Source: Chiloscyllium plagiosum | Lineage: Eukaryota | Assembly (NCBI RefSeq): GCF_004010195.1 | Contig: NC_057746.1 | Location: 34,512,096-34,576,095, forward strand | Reading direction: 5' to 3' | Length of the DNA stretch: 64,000 nt | Shown: one piece after another, positions 1-13,879 of the stretch | Layout: each line of letters starts with the position of its first letter | Numbering within the stretch: position 1 is the stretch's first letter | Notes under the pieces: model-generated | What the model saw: the letters and a program-made list of their open reading frames with translations, nothing else | Told to the model about the DNA's origin: nothing | The model's database searches: none | Program-made: the position numbers and the translations under genes

Positions 1-115
1 AGAGATGGGGAGGAGAGGAGTGAAAAAGAGAGAGAGGATGGAGGGGAGTGAATAAGAGAGAGAGGATGGAGGGGAGTGAATAAGAGGGGTGAGGGAGAGG
101 AGGGAAGAAGAAATA
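1..115. repeat. GA-rich low-complexity tract (LSM2 intron 1)
   Basis: Purine-rich tract including a repeated agagaggatggaggggagtgaataagag unit. Confidence 0.8.
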
Positions 116-306
116 GAGGTGGTGGAGTAAAGTGGGACTGGGGGAAGTATTCACAAACTGGCCATACTTGTGATGCCCACATCCCTTTTAAAGAATTTGA
201 CTCGGTCAAGAGCAGGAAGTTGTTGAGATTTGACATGATCCAACTAAGTTTAAAATTAAACTGCTGTAATTGTGTAAGAGCTCATTCTTTTATTCTTATG
301 TTTCAG

Positions 307-374
307 TTGTTTTATTCATTTTTCAAATCCCTGGTTGGGAAAGATGTTGTTGTGGAGTTAAAGAATGATCTCAG
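307..374 (+). CDS. LSM2: U6 snRNA-associated Sm-like protein LSm2, coding exon 2 (ATG exon lies upstream of the window)
   Basis: tttcag|TTG...CTCAG|gtgagt; encodes LFYSFFKSLVGKDVVVELKNDL, matching the vertebrate LSM2 N-terminus; 68 bp. Confidence 0.97.
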
Positions 375-590
375 GTGAGTACTCCTTGTTCTGGGCCAGC
401 AGGTTGAAGTGGGGAGTTGAAGTAATGTTATTGTGTGTGCTGTGACTGCGTTCTTCAGTACTGATGTTCTTTTCTACAAAAAGAATCCGGAATATTGCAG
501 TAACTGATACCTTCATTTATAATGTGATAAGTTTGGCTACAAATGCAGCCTTTGACTGCTCAGTGGAATACTGCATGAGTGTGTATGAGG

Positions 591-740
591 AGAAAGTGAG
601 GACTGCAGATGCTGGAAGAGCACAGCAGGTCAGGCAGCATCCAAGGAGCAGGAGAATCGATGTTTTGGGCATGAGCCCTTCTTCAGGAAGGGCTGCTGCA
701 CCTGACCTGCTGCACTTTTCTCGCAACATATTTTCAGCTC
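591..740. mobile_element. Short Penelope-derived fold-back element, family A (degenerate)
   Basis: Same sequence family as 17659-17869; flanked by direct repeat tgagtgtgtatgagg (576-590, 741-755). Confidence 0.75.
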
Positions 741-1509
741 TGAGTGTGTATGAGGTCAGAATGTTCTTTTTAAACATCTGTCCAGTCGTCTCATATATTA
801 TAAATGAAGGTCCCCAGTCCAAAGAAAAAGTGCATTTGGGAGAAGCTCTTAGGAGTAATGTTTGAAGTGCTGACTGTGATTGGAACATTGTGTATTTGCA
901 TTTTAATTTAAGACTTTTTTTTAATTGATTGAAATCAATCCAACCATTACAGTGAATGATTGATGTTAAAGTCCGTCAGATTTGGTTTAAAGATGCAGCA
1001 AAGACTACTTGTGGTTTGAAACAGTCTGAAGGTGCACTGAGGTTGTAAGTGCATCAATATGGATGGATTGTGGTCGTCAAAAGTAGTGATCTGCCCCCTG
1101 CATTAGCGACACACACTGCAGATAACTGAATACAACTATTTTGGAGAAATATGTCGATAATGTAAAATGGATAAAATATTGTCTGTGCCTGTTTACCTTT
1201 CTTCACTATTTTGAAGGTTACACATTCGCAAGATGTTTGAGCATTTCTGGAGAATAGTTGTAGACTAGATGGACCAAATAACCTCTATCTGCACTGTAGG
1301 GATTCAGTGATTTTTATTTTATTCTATGAATATGGACTCCTATAGCAACAAAATAAATTAACTCCCTGCGACAAGAGAGAGACGACTAATAGAAAATCTA
1401 GTATTAGACTTTTCAACCTTTTAATTCAAGGGATGTGAACAATGTTAGGTCAGCATTTATTACCGAGAGTAATTACATGTTACTTCCATTATTTAACGTG
1501 TGAGTTGTC

Positions 1510-2670
1510 CTTCACCAGACTGACAATATAGTTTTAGGTATATCTAGTGCTAGTTCTGGTATGCCATCCTTCAGTCTTAGTTGTAGAGTTATATCTTCAA
1601 ACCAGGGTTGATTTCCTCGATTGATGTTGATGGAGTGCGGTCTCTGCTGGGCCATGAGGTTGTAGATTGTGATTGGATGCAATTCTGTTTCTGCTGATGA
1701 CCCACATTACCTAGTGTTGAGTTCTTGAACTGTTGCAGTTCCTGTGATGTAGGGTCACTCCCGATGCTGTTAAGACATGAATTCAGTGGTTTTGACCAAG
1801 TGACAGTGAATAAATGGTAGTAAATTTCCAACTATAGAAGGTGAGGAATTTTAAGGTTGTGTCTGCTACCCTTACCCTTCTAAGTGGTAAAGATCATGTG
1901 TTTGAAAGGTTTCTGAGGACACTGCATCTTGCTGATGGTATGCTATGCGTCAGGAATTAAAGGAGTGAATGTTGAAGGTGGTGAAAGTGGTGCATCTCAA
2001 GCCAGCTAGTTTGTTTTGGATGGTGCCAAGCTTCTTGTGTTGTTTGAGTGCATTCATTGAAGCAAGTGTACTCTGTCATACTCCAGCTTGGGTAAATCTG
2101 GAGGCCTTATACTTGCTGCAGTATCCTAACTTCAATCTGATTTGTTGATTCCTTTAACATGTTGCTCCCATTGTTCAGCATCTGAATAGTCTTTCACCAG
2201 ACTGGCAACATAGCTTTGGGCATATCTAGTGATAGTTCTGGTATACCATCTTTCAGTCTTAGTCAAAGAGTTATATCTTCAAACCAGGGTTGATTTCCTC
2301 GCTTGATGTTGGAGTGCGGACTCTGAGCTGTGAGGTTGCAGATTGTGATTGAATGCAATTCTGTTGCTGCTGATGGCCTATAGTCCTTCATGGAGGCCCA
2401 GTCTTGAGCTGCTAGCTCTGTTCGAAATCTATCCCATTCAGCACAGTAGTAATGTCCCACAATACAGTGGAGGTCATCTTCACAGTGAAGACGGGACTTT
2501 GTCTCTTTAAGAACCATGTGATGCCCACTCCTACCAAAACTGTCGTGAGCAGAAGTGTTTGCAGCAGGCAGATTGGTGAAGGTAAGGTCAAGTATGTCTT
2601 TCCCTCTTTGTTCTGTTCTGTCACAACCCAACACAGACCTTTAGATCTTGGCCATCTCAGTCAGTAGTGG
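1510..2670 (-). mobile_element. Degenerate CR1/L2-clade LINE fragments with an internal duplication (1510-1710 vs 2191-2380)
   Basis: Minus-strand translation DILDLTFTN...SGHHMV...WDRFRTELAAQDW resembles the endonuclease end and linker of LINE ORF2. Confidence 0.6.
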
Positions 2671-2685
2671 TGCTATGGAATCAGC

Positions 2686-2891
2686 GCTGAAAATGTGTTG
2701 CTGGAGCAGCGCAGCAGGTCAGGCAGCATCCAGGGAACAGGAGAATCGACGTTTCGGGCATAAGCCCTTCTTCAGGGCTTATGCCTGAAACGTCGATTCT
2801 CCTGTTCCCTGGATGCTGCCTGACCTGCTGCGCTGCTCCAGCAACACATTTTAAGCTCTGATCTCCAGCATCTGCAGACCTCACTTTCTCC
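2686..2891. mobile_element. Short Penelope-derived fold-back element, family A
   Basis: Long inverted repeat centred near 2770; 15-bp TSD tgctatggaatcagc (2671-2685, 2892-2906). Confidence 0.85.
2748..2775 (-). ncRNA. Minimal hammerhead ribozyme core motif
   Basis: CTGAAGA-A-GGGC(TTAT)GCCC-GAAA-CGTC on the minus strand. Confidence 0.6.
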
Positions 2892-3529
2892 TGCTATGGA
2901 ATCAGCTGTGGCCATTGAAATCTTTGCATATTCTGCACACTTGCCACCTCAAGTGTTTCCTCAAAATTGTCTTTGTGAGGAAGTGCTGATCCATCTGATG
3001 CTAGAAGCTTGGTGCTATCCAGGACAATGCAGTCAACTTAATTGACACTACATGCACTCCCTCCTCCACCTGTACTCATGAGTGGGTTCCATCTAAGAGG
3101 TCCACTGCAGCAATTCACCAAAGATCCTTTCGACAGCACCATCCAACTCATGACCTTCACCATCTCGAATGACAAAGGCAGCAATATAAGAACAACACCA
3201 CCTGCAAGTTCCCTTTCAAGTCACTTACCATCCTTACTTGGAAATATTTTGCTATTCTTTCAGTATTGCTGGGTCAAAATCTTAAAATTGACGGCACCCC
3301 CCCCCCCCCAAAAAAAAAGAAAAGCAGCATTGTGCATCTATTTATAGCATGTGAACCGTAGTGGTTCAAAAAGCTAGTTTGCCACCTCAGGACAAAAAGT
3401 ACCAGGCAATAAAAGTTGGTGTTGGCAGTACAATGAAAGCAAACTCCTGTGGATGCTGGATATCTGAGATTAAAAACAAAGTACTGGAGAAACTCAAGTC
3501 TGGCAGCAGTTGTGGAGAGACAAACAGTT

Positions 3530-4610
3530 AATGTTTTAGAAGGCTGTCAATAAGGTCCTGCATAATAGATGCAAAATTAAAGTGTGGGCTTGGAGTAATC
3601 TATGAAACAGACAGAAGCAGTTGGCAGAAAGAGAACAGTGCAGGAATAATTGGGCTTTTTTTCGACTGTCATGCAGCGACTGGTGGGCTACCACGGGGAT
3701 CAGTTCTTGGACCCCAGCTATTCATGATATATATTGGCGATTTAGATGAGGTGAAGCTTCAGTTTGTCTTGGATAAGTGCAAAATATTAGCAGATGCTGT
3801 ATAATATGGATAAATGTGAGGTTGTCCACTCAATCACAAAAACAGACATGCAGATGATTATTTGAATAGTGATAGATTGGGAAAGGAAAATTGTGCAACA
3901 AGCCCTGGGCATCCTTGTACGCCAGTTGCTGAAAGTAAGCATGCAGGTGCAGCAGGCGCTGACAAAGGCAAAATGTTTTCATTGATTTATGTATTGTCAC
4001 ATGTACAGAAGTACAGTGAAAAGCTTAGTTTATGGGCAGTACAGTCTGATCATTGTAAGCAAGGATGTACAGATCAAAAAGCCTTAGACAAAACATTATT
4101 AGTAATTTTTGTACATTTAGAATTTAAATTTGTAAGCGTACAACTGTTGCAAGAAATGTTTGAGTCAGATCTGTAGGAAAAGGGTCGCAGAGTGTTGGTG
4201 TCACCTTGAATCCTTCATAATACAGATGCAGGGATGACTTGCTGTAACTGTGCAGGGCATTGTTAAAAACACACTTGGAGTCGTGTGCGCTGTTTTGGCC
4301 ACCTCACCTGAGGAAGGATGCTCCGGCTATTGAGAAAGTACAGACTGACTCTAAAGATCAGGGTTAGGCCTTTTAGGACAGAGTTGAGAAATGTCTTTAC
4401 TCAATGATGAGCCTGTGAAATTCTCTGCCACGTGAAACTGAGGTTAAAAACGTTGAAGAATTTCAATAAAGATGTAGACGTAGTTCATTGGACTAAAAGT
4501 ATCAAAGGTAATGGGAGAAAGATTGAACAGGGTACTGAGTTGGATGATCACCTGTGATAATTTTGAATGGCAGAGCAGGCTCAAGGCCAATAGCTATTTT
4601 TGTGTTTCTG
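3530..4610 (+). mobile_element. Degenerate CR1-like LINE 3' region
   Basis: RT-like remnants (ggatcagttcttggaccccagctattc, gataaatgtgaggtt) and a CR1-type 3' tail. Confidence 0.55.
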
Positions 4611-5158
4611 AGTCCATTGTGACTCTTCTTTGGAACTGGTTTTGTTAGTGCTTGCATCACACATTTAAATAAGGAAAGTTGATGCCCTTTCTGAAAAGTT
4701 GTCTCTGGTCTGCACCATGAATTGGTTTTGTCTCCACTGCTGCCTGAGTGTTCCCAACATTTTGGTGCAGATGGTATTTGGTTGTAACTGCCTGACTGTG
4801 CATGTTTCTCTGGTAAGTTTTAGTTGCCTTTGCTACCAGCACTTTGGTTTAATTAATCGGACTATGACTACAGGGTGTCAATGTAAGATGGTAATTTGTT
4901 CATCCAGTATGGAATTTGGGCAAAACGGCTTCCTTACTGCCCAGTGTGTGATTTGATGTGGAACGTATTGTGACAGGAAGGAGGCTTCTGAGGGACAGGG
5001 ACACTCTGTTGGACTAATTGAGATGAATTACTTGTTTGTGCTGTGAATATTTTTAAGACTGAGGGTGGGAGGCTGTGTCGTATGTTTGCAAAGAATGGTG
5101 ATAAATAAACTCTAAAGCAAACATCGTAATATGTTTTCTTCCTCTCATTTATTTTTAG

Positions 5159-5189
5159 TATCTGTGGAACACTGCACTCAGTTGATCAG
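5159..5189 (+). CDS. LSM2: LSm2 coding exon 3
   Basis: ttttag|TATC...GATCAG|gtgaga; encodes (S)ICGTLHSVDQ; 31 bp, phase-compatible with exon 2. Confidence 0.96.
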
Positions 5190-5519
5190 GTGAGAGTTGC
5201 ATTTCGTGGCAGTGAGTTAACACTGAGATACAGCTTCATTAAACTTCAACACTGTGTAGAGCAACCTCCAAGCTACACACCAGGGCAAGTGTTGAGTGTG
5301 TGACTGTTAATTCCCTTGATGCTTGATTCCAACCTGGATTTAACCTGTATTTCCCAAATGCCTATTTTTTTTTAAGGAAATGTTTAATCCCATACTGACC
5401 ATCTCGTCAAACATGTCCTCATGCTTGCCTGGGAGGGAAGTATTGTCCAGGTTGCAGATGTTAGTTACTGATCCGTTGGATAACTGATCTGCCTTGCCCT
5501 GTCCTGTTAGCATGTCTAA

Positions 5520-5907
5520 AATGGGTTTGAAATCTCTGGGTTCTAGAATGAGATAGAAATCTACAAAATTCTGAAGGGGTTTGACAGGGAAGACACAATG
5601 GTTGCTTCCTCTGGGCTGGGAATCTTTGAATACAGGCGATGTGGATAAGGGTCTGATTGTGTGCCACTGAGATGAGGAATGTCTTCACTCAAGGGTTGTA
5701 AATCATCATGATTCTCCGCCCCAGAAAATAATCCAATGTTAAATGCATTAAAAGCTGAGAAGCCGGAATTTGTTGTGATGGAGGATTGCGGGATCTGGGG
5801 AGTGTGTGGGAAAGTGGTGTTGAAATTGACAATCCGCCACAGTCGTATTGTATAGGAGAGCATGCTTGGTATATCATATGGTGTACTTCTCCTGTTTGTT
5901 ATTTCCA
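5520..5907 (+). mobile_element. Degenerate CR1-like 3' end
   Basis: Resembles other CR1 3' ends in the window (ttcactcaagggttgtaaatc). Confidence 0.5.
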
Positions 5908-6074
5908 TGGGGACTGTGAAAATGTTATTTATTTACTGAACCCAACTGAAAGTCAAGCATGAATTGAGCATTGGGCTGAACGGCCAATTTCTGTGCCAGA
6001 AGTATTTCTGTCTCCCCGAATGATCTGGAAGTCTTATATTGCAGGATGTTTTCACTATCTCTTTATTCTTTCAG

Positions 6075-6134
6075 TATCTAAACATCAAGCTGACAGACAT
6101 AAGTGTCACTGACCCAGAGAAATATCCACACATG
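6075..6134 (+). CDS. LSM2: LSm2 coding exon 4
   Basis: tttcag|TAT...ATG|gtgagt; encodes YLNIKLTDISVTDPEKYPHM; 60 bp. Confidence 0.97.
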
Positions 6135-7084
6135 GTGAGTGCTGTGCACATTTGTTGAGCCTCCTGCAGGAACTGCATTCCATTAAGGTTTCACTCAAGT
6201 GGTCAGAGTCGAGCTGACAACAGAAGGGTGTAAGTGGTGGCTGGGACCTGGGGGTCTTTCTCCTGATTTCTGACTCAAAAAATGATTGGTAGTTCTCCTT
6301 TGGGAGTTGGACGTAGCCGCATCTCTTCATTTGGAAAGATGATACCAAGCTGAGGAATTTAGCATTAATTCTCCAACGGATGAGTGTTAGACAATTGCAG
6401 CAAGAGTATTTAGTTTTGTTCTCTCAAGCAGATTTTTACAGATGTGCTGTTTTGCTGGGTGAGGTTGAGATCAGTAAATTAATTAGCCATAATCTTGAGG
6501 TTACAGTTGACCAGAAACTGAACCGGACAAGCCACATAAATACTCGTGATGAATTAAGAAATTGAGAGCTCATGTCAGTAATGGTTATCCTGACAACCAT
6601 CATTTTGTTGCAAAAAACCATTTGGTTCACTACTGGGGAAAAAGTCCCTTTTGTGGTCTGACCTGCACATGATTCCAGACCCACAGCAATGTGGCTGACT
6701 TTTCACTGTCCTCTGTAATGACTGAACAGCAAGCCAGTTAATTCAAAGGCAGTTAGGACCATGGGTGACAAAAGGTGACCTTGCCAGTGATGCTTATGTC
6801 CCATGATGTACTAAAGAAATTAGGACGTAGTGGAGGCACCGTCTATGGTAAAAGTAAGTCAGGTGTAGAGATGACAATCAAGTGGGTTGGGTGAAAGGAA
6901 GAGGTGGATCTGTAATAGCATCTTTAACATTGTAAAGGCTCCTGAAAGTTGCAGAGATTTAGGAGGAGTGAGCCTTGTTATTGAAATGGCTCTTGTTTCC
7001 TTTTAAATGATCATTGTTCAGTAGTTTTCACCTCTAGTGCTGCTGGGAAAAAAGATTTAGTCAAAGCGTTTTATCTTGCATTGT

Positions 7085-7800
7085 AATACAGACAGCACAG
7101 ACACAGATCCTTTCGTCCCACCCGTCCGTGCTGACCATAATCCCAATGGAAACTAGTCCCACCTATCTGAGCCAGGTCCATATCTCTCCAAACATTTCTT
7201 ATTCACGTACTTAGCTAAATGGTTTCTAAATGTTGTGATTGTGCCCATAACCACCACTGCCTGTGGAAGTTCATTCCACACACAAATAACCCTGTGTTTA
7301 AAAAAAATAAATTGCCCCTCATGTCTGTCTTAAATTTTTTTCTCTCTTGTTTAAAAAAAAAAAGTCCCCTTGTCTTGAAATCCTGCACCCTGGGGAAATG
7401 ACACCAGCCATTCACTTTATCTCTACCCCTCATGATTTTATAAACCTTTACAAATTCACTTCTCAATCTCCAATGCCCCAATGGAAAAAGACCCAGCCTA
7501 GCTTTATAACTCAATCCCTCCCTTCCCGGCAGCGTCCTGTTAAGAAGAGACTGAACCCTCTCCAGCTTCATAATATCTTTCCTATAACAGGGAGAACAGA
7601 ACTGGACACAGTAATATAGAAGAGGCTTCACCAACATCCTGTACAACTTTAATATAACATCCCAACTCCTTTACTCAAAGATCTGAGCAACGAAGGGAAA
7701 AGTGCGAAGTGCCTTAGCTATGCGTGATGAAAACTTAAAAAAAATTGTGTATCTGAGTCCCTAGGTGTCTCTGTTCTGCAACAGTACTGAAGGCCAACTT
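7085..7800 (-). mobile_element. CR1 LINE 3' fragment
   Basis: Minus ORF YRMLVKPLLYYCVQFCSPCYRKDIMKLERVQ...VYKIMRG matches the CR1 ORF2 C-terminal region. Confidence 0.85.
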
Positions 7801-8541
7801 TTAATTGTATAAGGTGAATTGGCCATGCTGAATTACCCATAGTGTTCAGGGATGTGTAGGTTAGGTGTATTAGTCAGTGATAAATATAGGGGAATGGGTC
7901 TGGGTGGGTTACTGTTTGGAGCGTCGGTGTGGACTTGTTGGCCGAAGGGCCTGTTTCCACACTGTAACGATTCTATATCTATAAGTTTTTGTTTGTTTTG
8001 CCAAAATTCAGTACCTCACTTTTATTAAACAATTAAAATTTGCCACTTTTCAACCCATTAACCTAATTGACATACAAAAGAAAATAGAGTTCAAAAATGG
8101 GGATTTTTAAAAAAATTAGTGTTTTATTTCTTTTTATATATACTCGTGGAATGTGGGCTACATTGACTGGGCCTGCATTTATTGTTGAAACTTTATTGCT
8201 GGAACAGCACAGCAGGTCAGGCAGCATCCAGGGAACAGGAGATTCGACGCTCCGGGCCTCTATTTGCCGAGAGGGTGGTTAAGAGTCAACCATATTGATA
8301 TGGGTCTGGAACCATGTAAGACGGACAAGGCAATTTATAAGAACTGTCACCTCGGCGAGAGAACTATTTAAGTACTGTATGAGAGGAGACTCCTGATTTA
8401 GACTTTACACCTTTTTTCCTTGCAAATTGTCTGGATGAGTGGTATGCAGAAAGTGTCTGGAACCGTGTCGCTATTTAAGTAATCCAACTGATTATCTGCC
8501 CTACACTTACCAGCATTAATGCCAAATATTCCTCCTCCCAG

Positions 8542-8667
8542 CTCTCTGTGAAGAACTGCTTTATCCGGGGCTCAGTAGTGCGTTATGTACAACTCCCAGC
8601 TGATGAGGTGGACACCCAGCTGCTGCAGGATGCGGCAAGAAAAGAAGCAATGCAGCAGAAGCAGTGA
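8542..8667 (+). CDS. LSM2: LSm2 last coding exon
   Basis: ctcccag|CTC...CAGTGA; encodes LSVKNCFIRGSVVRYVQLPADEVDTQLLQDAARKEAMQQKQ*. With an upstream ATG the spliced CDS is 288 nt (95 aa). Confidence 0.97.
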   Translation, partial: LSVKNCFIRGSVVRYVQLPADEVDTQLLQDAARKEAMQQKQ

Positions 8668-10498
8668 GATTAAACTGCAGTGTGGACACTATTGGGAAAC
8701 GGGCGGGATGGAACGCACCAGTTCGGGAACTTATACTGAAACTCAGCTGCCAAGTACCAAACCAGAAAGTGAAATTGAATCAAATTTCTATTTACACATC
8801 ATTGTCAGTAAATTGGTTGTGTTTATTCCTTTCTCTTTTTTTTCTCTGATGAGGTGTCAGGTAGATTAGGCCTCGTCTCGACCATGTTACATTGCCACAG
8901 AAAGGACACAGTTGTGTTTTTCTCTCTTTTCTACCCCTGTCCTATTGCACAGTGATGTAGCTGAGTCAGGATAGCAGTGGTATCCAGTGCTGTTCTTTCA
9001 ATCTCTGATTGAATCAGGAGAGTGCATCATTTCCTGCGTGTGAATTTCAACTAACTTTCCCTGAGTTCCGCTGTGACCAATGTCAATTTCTTCCCTTTTG
9101 ATTTTCATCTCTTAAAATTGTTTGGAACTGTTTTTTGGTTTTGCAATCTGTTTGAAAATGTGTTCTTAGTCCCTTTTGAACTTGCATCAGACTTGAAGAA
9201 TGATTTGATTTGTCACATTTTTTCCAGAATTGTGCTGAGCAACTAAGTTGGGATATTACCCATATAGCTCAATACCTTACCTGTTTTACAATTTTAACAG
9301 GTAGCTGAGAGCCATGTGCCCATTCAGAGGCTTGTTTGGTAGCTGAAATGCAGGACAGGAGATCCAAACACTGGGTAGCTGTGCTAGACAAACCCGATAA
9401 ATTAGCAGAATTACAGGATCTTGTATTAATTAATTGCAAATGATCGAGGCTCAACTTTGGAAGTGATCTTATTATGTGACTAATACTTGGTGCGTTGGAA
9501 AATGCACCTTGATAACTTTTCCTGTTTGTTGTTTGCTCCTTAAGCAGTGCATTGGAGATGAGTGAACTAACTCAATTTGTCTGACTGGAGGTACAGTTTT
9601 TTTTTAAGGATGTATTAATCTGGTATTTTTGTTGCAAAGAAAGTTGAAAAGCCTTTTGATTTTGTACTGTACAGCTGGGCAACCAATGTGTTTTGAAGTA
9701 TTGTGATGTAACATCACGACAGAATTAAAAAGAAGTTCAGAACATAATGTTTCAGGCAGTCTGTGTTGAATATTTAACCCTTTCAACTGCACTAAACTGA
9801 TCATTCTCATGCGAATAGTGCAGATTTAAGAACCATACTGAATGGACATTCTCTCACCAAGCCAGAAATAATCAACTGGATTTCATTCTTTATGGCATTT
9901 ACTTGAATATCAATCTGATTTGGCCCAAATTATGCATGAATTAAGAGGTAAATGATGCTCCACAAGGAAAGGTAAATTTCACTTTGAAGAGTTGATTCAA
10001 CTAACATACAGCTGGTGCAACTACAAGCATTTGAATCAATCCCTGCATAAGTGTGGCACAATGAAGCTGCAGCCTTCCACAGAATGCTGTTCTTTATTCA
10101 TGCAGGACTTTGATTCAACAAGAGCTTTCATCTTTGTGAAAGATCTTTTATCTCTTTTTTTCTTTTATTATTTTGGACTGTGTTGTCAAAAAGGGAAGTG
10201 CTGCTTTAAACCAAAGAGATTGTGTAAAGGTATGTTTGCTGTTTTGAAAATCCTGTTTACTCAGGCACTCTGTTACCTTCACTTGAAATGCAGATGAAAA
10301 GGATGTACAGGATGGAGCTGATTGGTTCTAAACTATGTGGCAGTTGCTTGACAAGTGTTTTGATTGACCTATGTGGGGGGCGGTGTAGTAGAAACATCTA
10401 ACCTGCAAAGAACGAGCATCAAAAATGTCTGTCTTGTGTAGGATTGCAGCAAAAAAAATCTCCTGCGACAACCAGCTGGCTGCTTCTCACTTTACGAG

Positions 10499-10740
10499 TG
10501 GTGTAGTGGTAACATCACTGGATTATTAATCCAGAAACCCAGACCGTCGTTCTGAGGATAGGGATTCAAATCCCACTAGGGCAGATGCTGAAATTTAAAA
10601 TTTAAGAAAATGTGAAATAAAAAGCTGGCCTAACAGCAGTGTGTGAACAGTGTTGATTTTTGTCAAAACACTTCTGCTTCACTAATGCCCTTTGGGGAAG
10701 GGAATGTGCAACCCTGAGAAATGCTAGCCTGAGATGAACC
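10499..10740 (+). mobile_element. tRNA-derived SINE, second family (related copies near 6570-6810, 11480-11790, 38625-38945, 39990-40305, 57750-57915)
   Basis: A-box-like gtggtgtagtggt, B-box-like gattcaaatccc, and a shared core ttcactaatgccctttggggaagg seen in other copies. Confidence 0.6.
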
Positions 10741-11999
10741 AGTTTATGTTGGTTGTTTCGACACCATCCACCTATCAGTGAGATAGGTTTCAATCCAGGG
10801 TTTGTCGGGGAATGCGGTGACAGAATGGAAATCCTACAACTTTGCATGAACTATGGTTTACCGAGTTACACACTGCCTATTGGGGCAATTGTTTCTGCAG
10901 CATTACAACATTTGCACTTCCCTAAACGCTCAAAGAAAATCAGAGCAAGTGACTTCGTCTCAGGTTTACTGTGAGTACTCAGTTTGCCAAGCTTCCAATT
11001 TGATCATCCTGCAGCAACTCCATCAGGTTGACATTTACCACGTGAAGCTTCCTGCACGATTGCAACTTGAGTGCTGATGCTTTATTATTGAGAACTGAAA
11101 TCCATTTTTAGTTGCGCGATGAGAGGCGTTTCTGTAACTGGCCTGTGACCCGGGGAAAAGTTTTGATGTATATCGTGTCAACATGACCTTCCACTGCTAG
11201 TTTGTTCATGTGTTGTGGTGAATGAAGCTGTGAACTGAAAAGGCAAAACACTGATAGGGGATTCTTCCCTGAACCTTGAAGGCATTATCTTCAGTTACAT
11301 TCTCTTTCACTTTTTCTTTCACTTGCCTGTGTTTGTACAAGACAGCAGTTCAGATGATCCCTTTTCCCGTTTCTCTGAAACCTTTGCACCTGAAGGCTGG
11401 TGGAATGTGAAATTTAGAGGAAAATAAAGTTTAAAAGTGTGGAACTTGTGAAATCAAAGTACTTTTTAAAATATTTATGTTCATGAACTGTGGTCACTGG
11501 CTGGACCAACATTTACTGCCCAGAGGATGGCTAAGATAAACTGTGCTGCTATTAGTCTGGAGTCACATGTAGGTTGTGACAATGGCAGAACTCCCTTCAT
11601 GATAGGGTACTAGTGAACCCAACAGATTATGACAATCATCAAATTACATTGTCACCATTAGACTGGCTTTCTCATTCCAGCTTTTATTGAGTTTAAATGT
11701 TACCACTTGCCCTGGTGGGGTGTAAATGGAAACCCCCCACAGAACATTAGACGGGGGTTTTGGAATGCTAATGCAGTGATACTATCACTCAGACGAAAAG
11801 AAAGAGAAAAACCTGTGAAGAGTGTGAGGGAAATGGTTAGAAATCTACGCAAACGCACAAACCTGGAGTCGGCTATTAACCTCCGGAACCTGCTCCGCCA
11901 TTCAATAAGGTCATCGCTAATCCAATAACTTCACATTCCTCACTCTAACCTTTTACTTCCTTTGTTATCAAACATCTGTTTATCACTGTCTGAAAACAG

Positions 12000-12334
12000 T
12001 GGTTTGGTGGTTAGCACTGCTGCCTCACTCTTGCCCCAGGGGCCCAGGTTTGATTCCAGCCTCGGGTGACTGTGTGGAGTTTGCACGTCCTCCCCATGTC
12101 TGTGTGGGTTTCCTCCGGGTACTCCCACAGTCCAAAGATGTGTAGGTTAAAGTGGATTGGCCATGCTAAATTGTGCCACAATATCCAGGGATATGCAGGT
12201 TAATTGGATTAGCCATGGGAAATGCACGGTTACAGGAATAGACCGAGGGGATTGGTCTGAGTGGGATGCTCTTTGAAAGGTTGCTGTGGACTCGATGCAC
12301 CAAATGGCCTGTTTCACTACCGTAGGGATTCTGT
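12000..12334 (+). mobile_element. HE1-type (V-SINE) elasmobranch SINE
   Basis: gtggttagcactgctgcctcac...gtgtggagtttgcacgt...ggccatgctaaattg; same family as 38298-38624. Confidence 0.8.
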
Positions 12335-13879
12335 GAAAAATATCCATGAAAACTGGAGGGGAACCAGCTGGAAACAGGCCGATCCCCTTACGTCACAGTT
12401 ACCTCTAATATAACGATGCATTCTTTTTAAAAATACAACCAGTATAAATCCCCTTTTCAGGGATATTAAAGAAAAATGCTGCAGGTATGAGAAACCTGAA
12501 AAAGGACTAGAAAATACTGTGGATACTGTACCCAACAGATGGAGCAATGTCTTTGGACAGTAAACCAATGTTGTAGGTCATACCTTTTTTCAGAACTGGG
12601 TTTGAAATGTTAACTCTATTTCTTCACAGATGCTGTCAGGCACTGAGTTTTTCCAACAATATCTGTTTTGTTTGTTTCAGATCCAGTATCACCAGTTCTT
12701 TGTTTAGTTATAGTCCAGCAGAGACACACGCTTCAATCCAACTCATCCACATCAACCAAGCTTCCCAAACTAAACCCACTCTCTGCATTTGGGCCATAAT
12801 CCTCTTAAATGTTTTCCATTCATGTACCTGTTCAAATGCCTTTTAAATATTGTAGTTATGAGGATTGATTGATGAAGGTGTTGTTTGGCAAAGAGAAGAT
12901 TAAGCGGGCTCCGTTAAGTGTGTCTGGAATCGTAAGGAGTTCTAGAGAAAATAGAGAAACTCATTCCCTTTGCTGGAAGGATCAGAAACTGGAAGACACC
13001 TATTTAAAGAAATAAAAGGAATTGTAGCAGGAGAAAAAGGCATTTTACCCAGTGAACCATGAGGATCTGGAATGAACTGCGAGTGAGGTGAAGGCAGGTT
13101 TAACTGAGGCTTCCTCCAAAGTAGAATGGGATAGTGATCTGAAGGAAAAGAAAATCAAAAAGTTTGGAGTTTAGAAGAGCAAGAGGCAAATTATTTGACA
13201 CAGGTGAGGGGTCTTAATCTGATGAATGGAAAAAGGATGCTTCCCTCTTGTGGGAAAATTTTGAATCAGAATCACTGTTTAAAAATAAAGAGTTTAAGAC
13301 AGGTCACAAGATTTTTAAAAAAATCCTCAGCGAGTCCAGATTCTTTGGAACTCACTTCCTGAAAAGGAAGAAGCAGATCTTATTGAATGATAGAATAGGC
13401 TGGAGGGAAAGAGTGGCCTCCTCCAGATCCTTTACCTGTATTATACATGTGTATGGATGGCTATGGAGAGAGAGCTGGAGGGTTGGTGATATGCGGTTTG
13501 GACTGGATGGGTTGTTCTTGCAGAGAGCCAGGGGATGGGTTGAATTGCCTCTTTCCGCATTGTAACCACTTCAAAGTTTGGTATTCCAAGTGCCACACAC
13601 CTTCTACCTTTCCCAGGTCCTGGCCCAGATTCAGTGCTGGTGGCTGACATCATTCAAGAGGCCATTGGGTGATTATTTAAAGGAATTAATGGTCAAGGAT
13701 ACGGGGAGGGGCAGGAGGATGGCACAAAGCATCTGTTTGGAGAGCCGATACTGGCAGGGTGGGCTGAATGGTCTCTTTGTGCACTGTGCTAAATCTGGGA
13801 CACCATGCAAGGATCAGTCTTCTGCCTCAAGAATTCATGTTTCTGTGATCAAGGCGAGTTTATAAAGTAATGGAGCTGC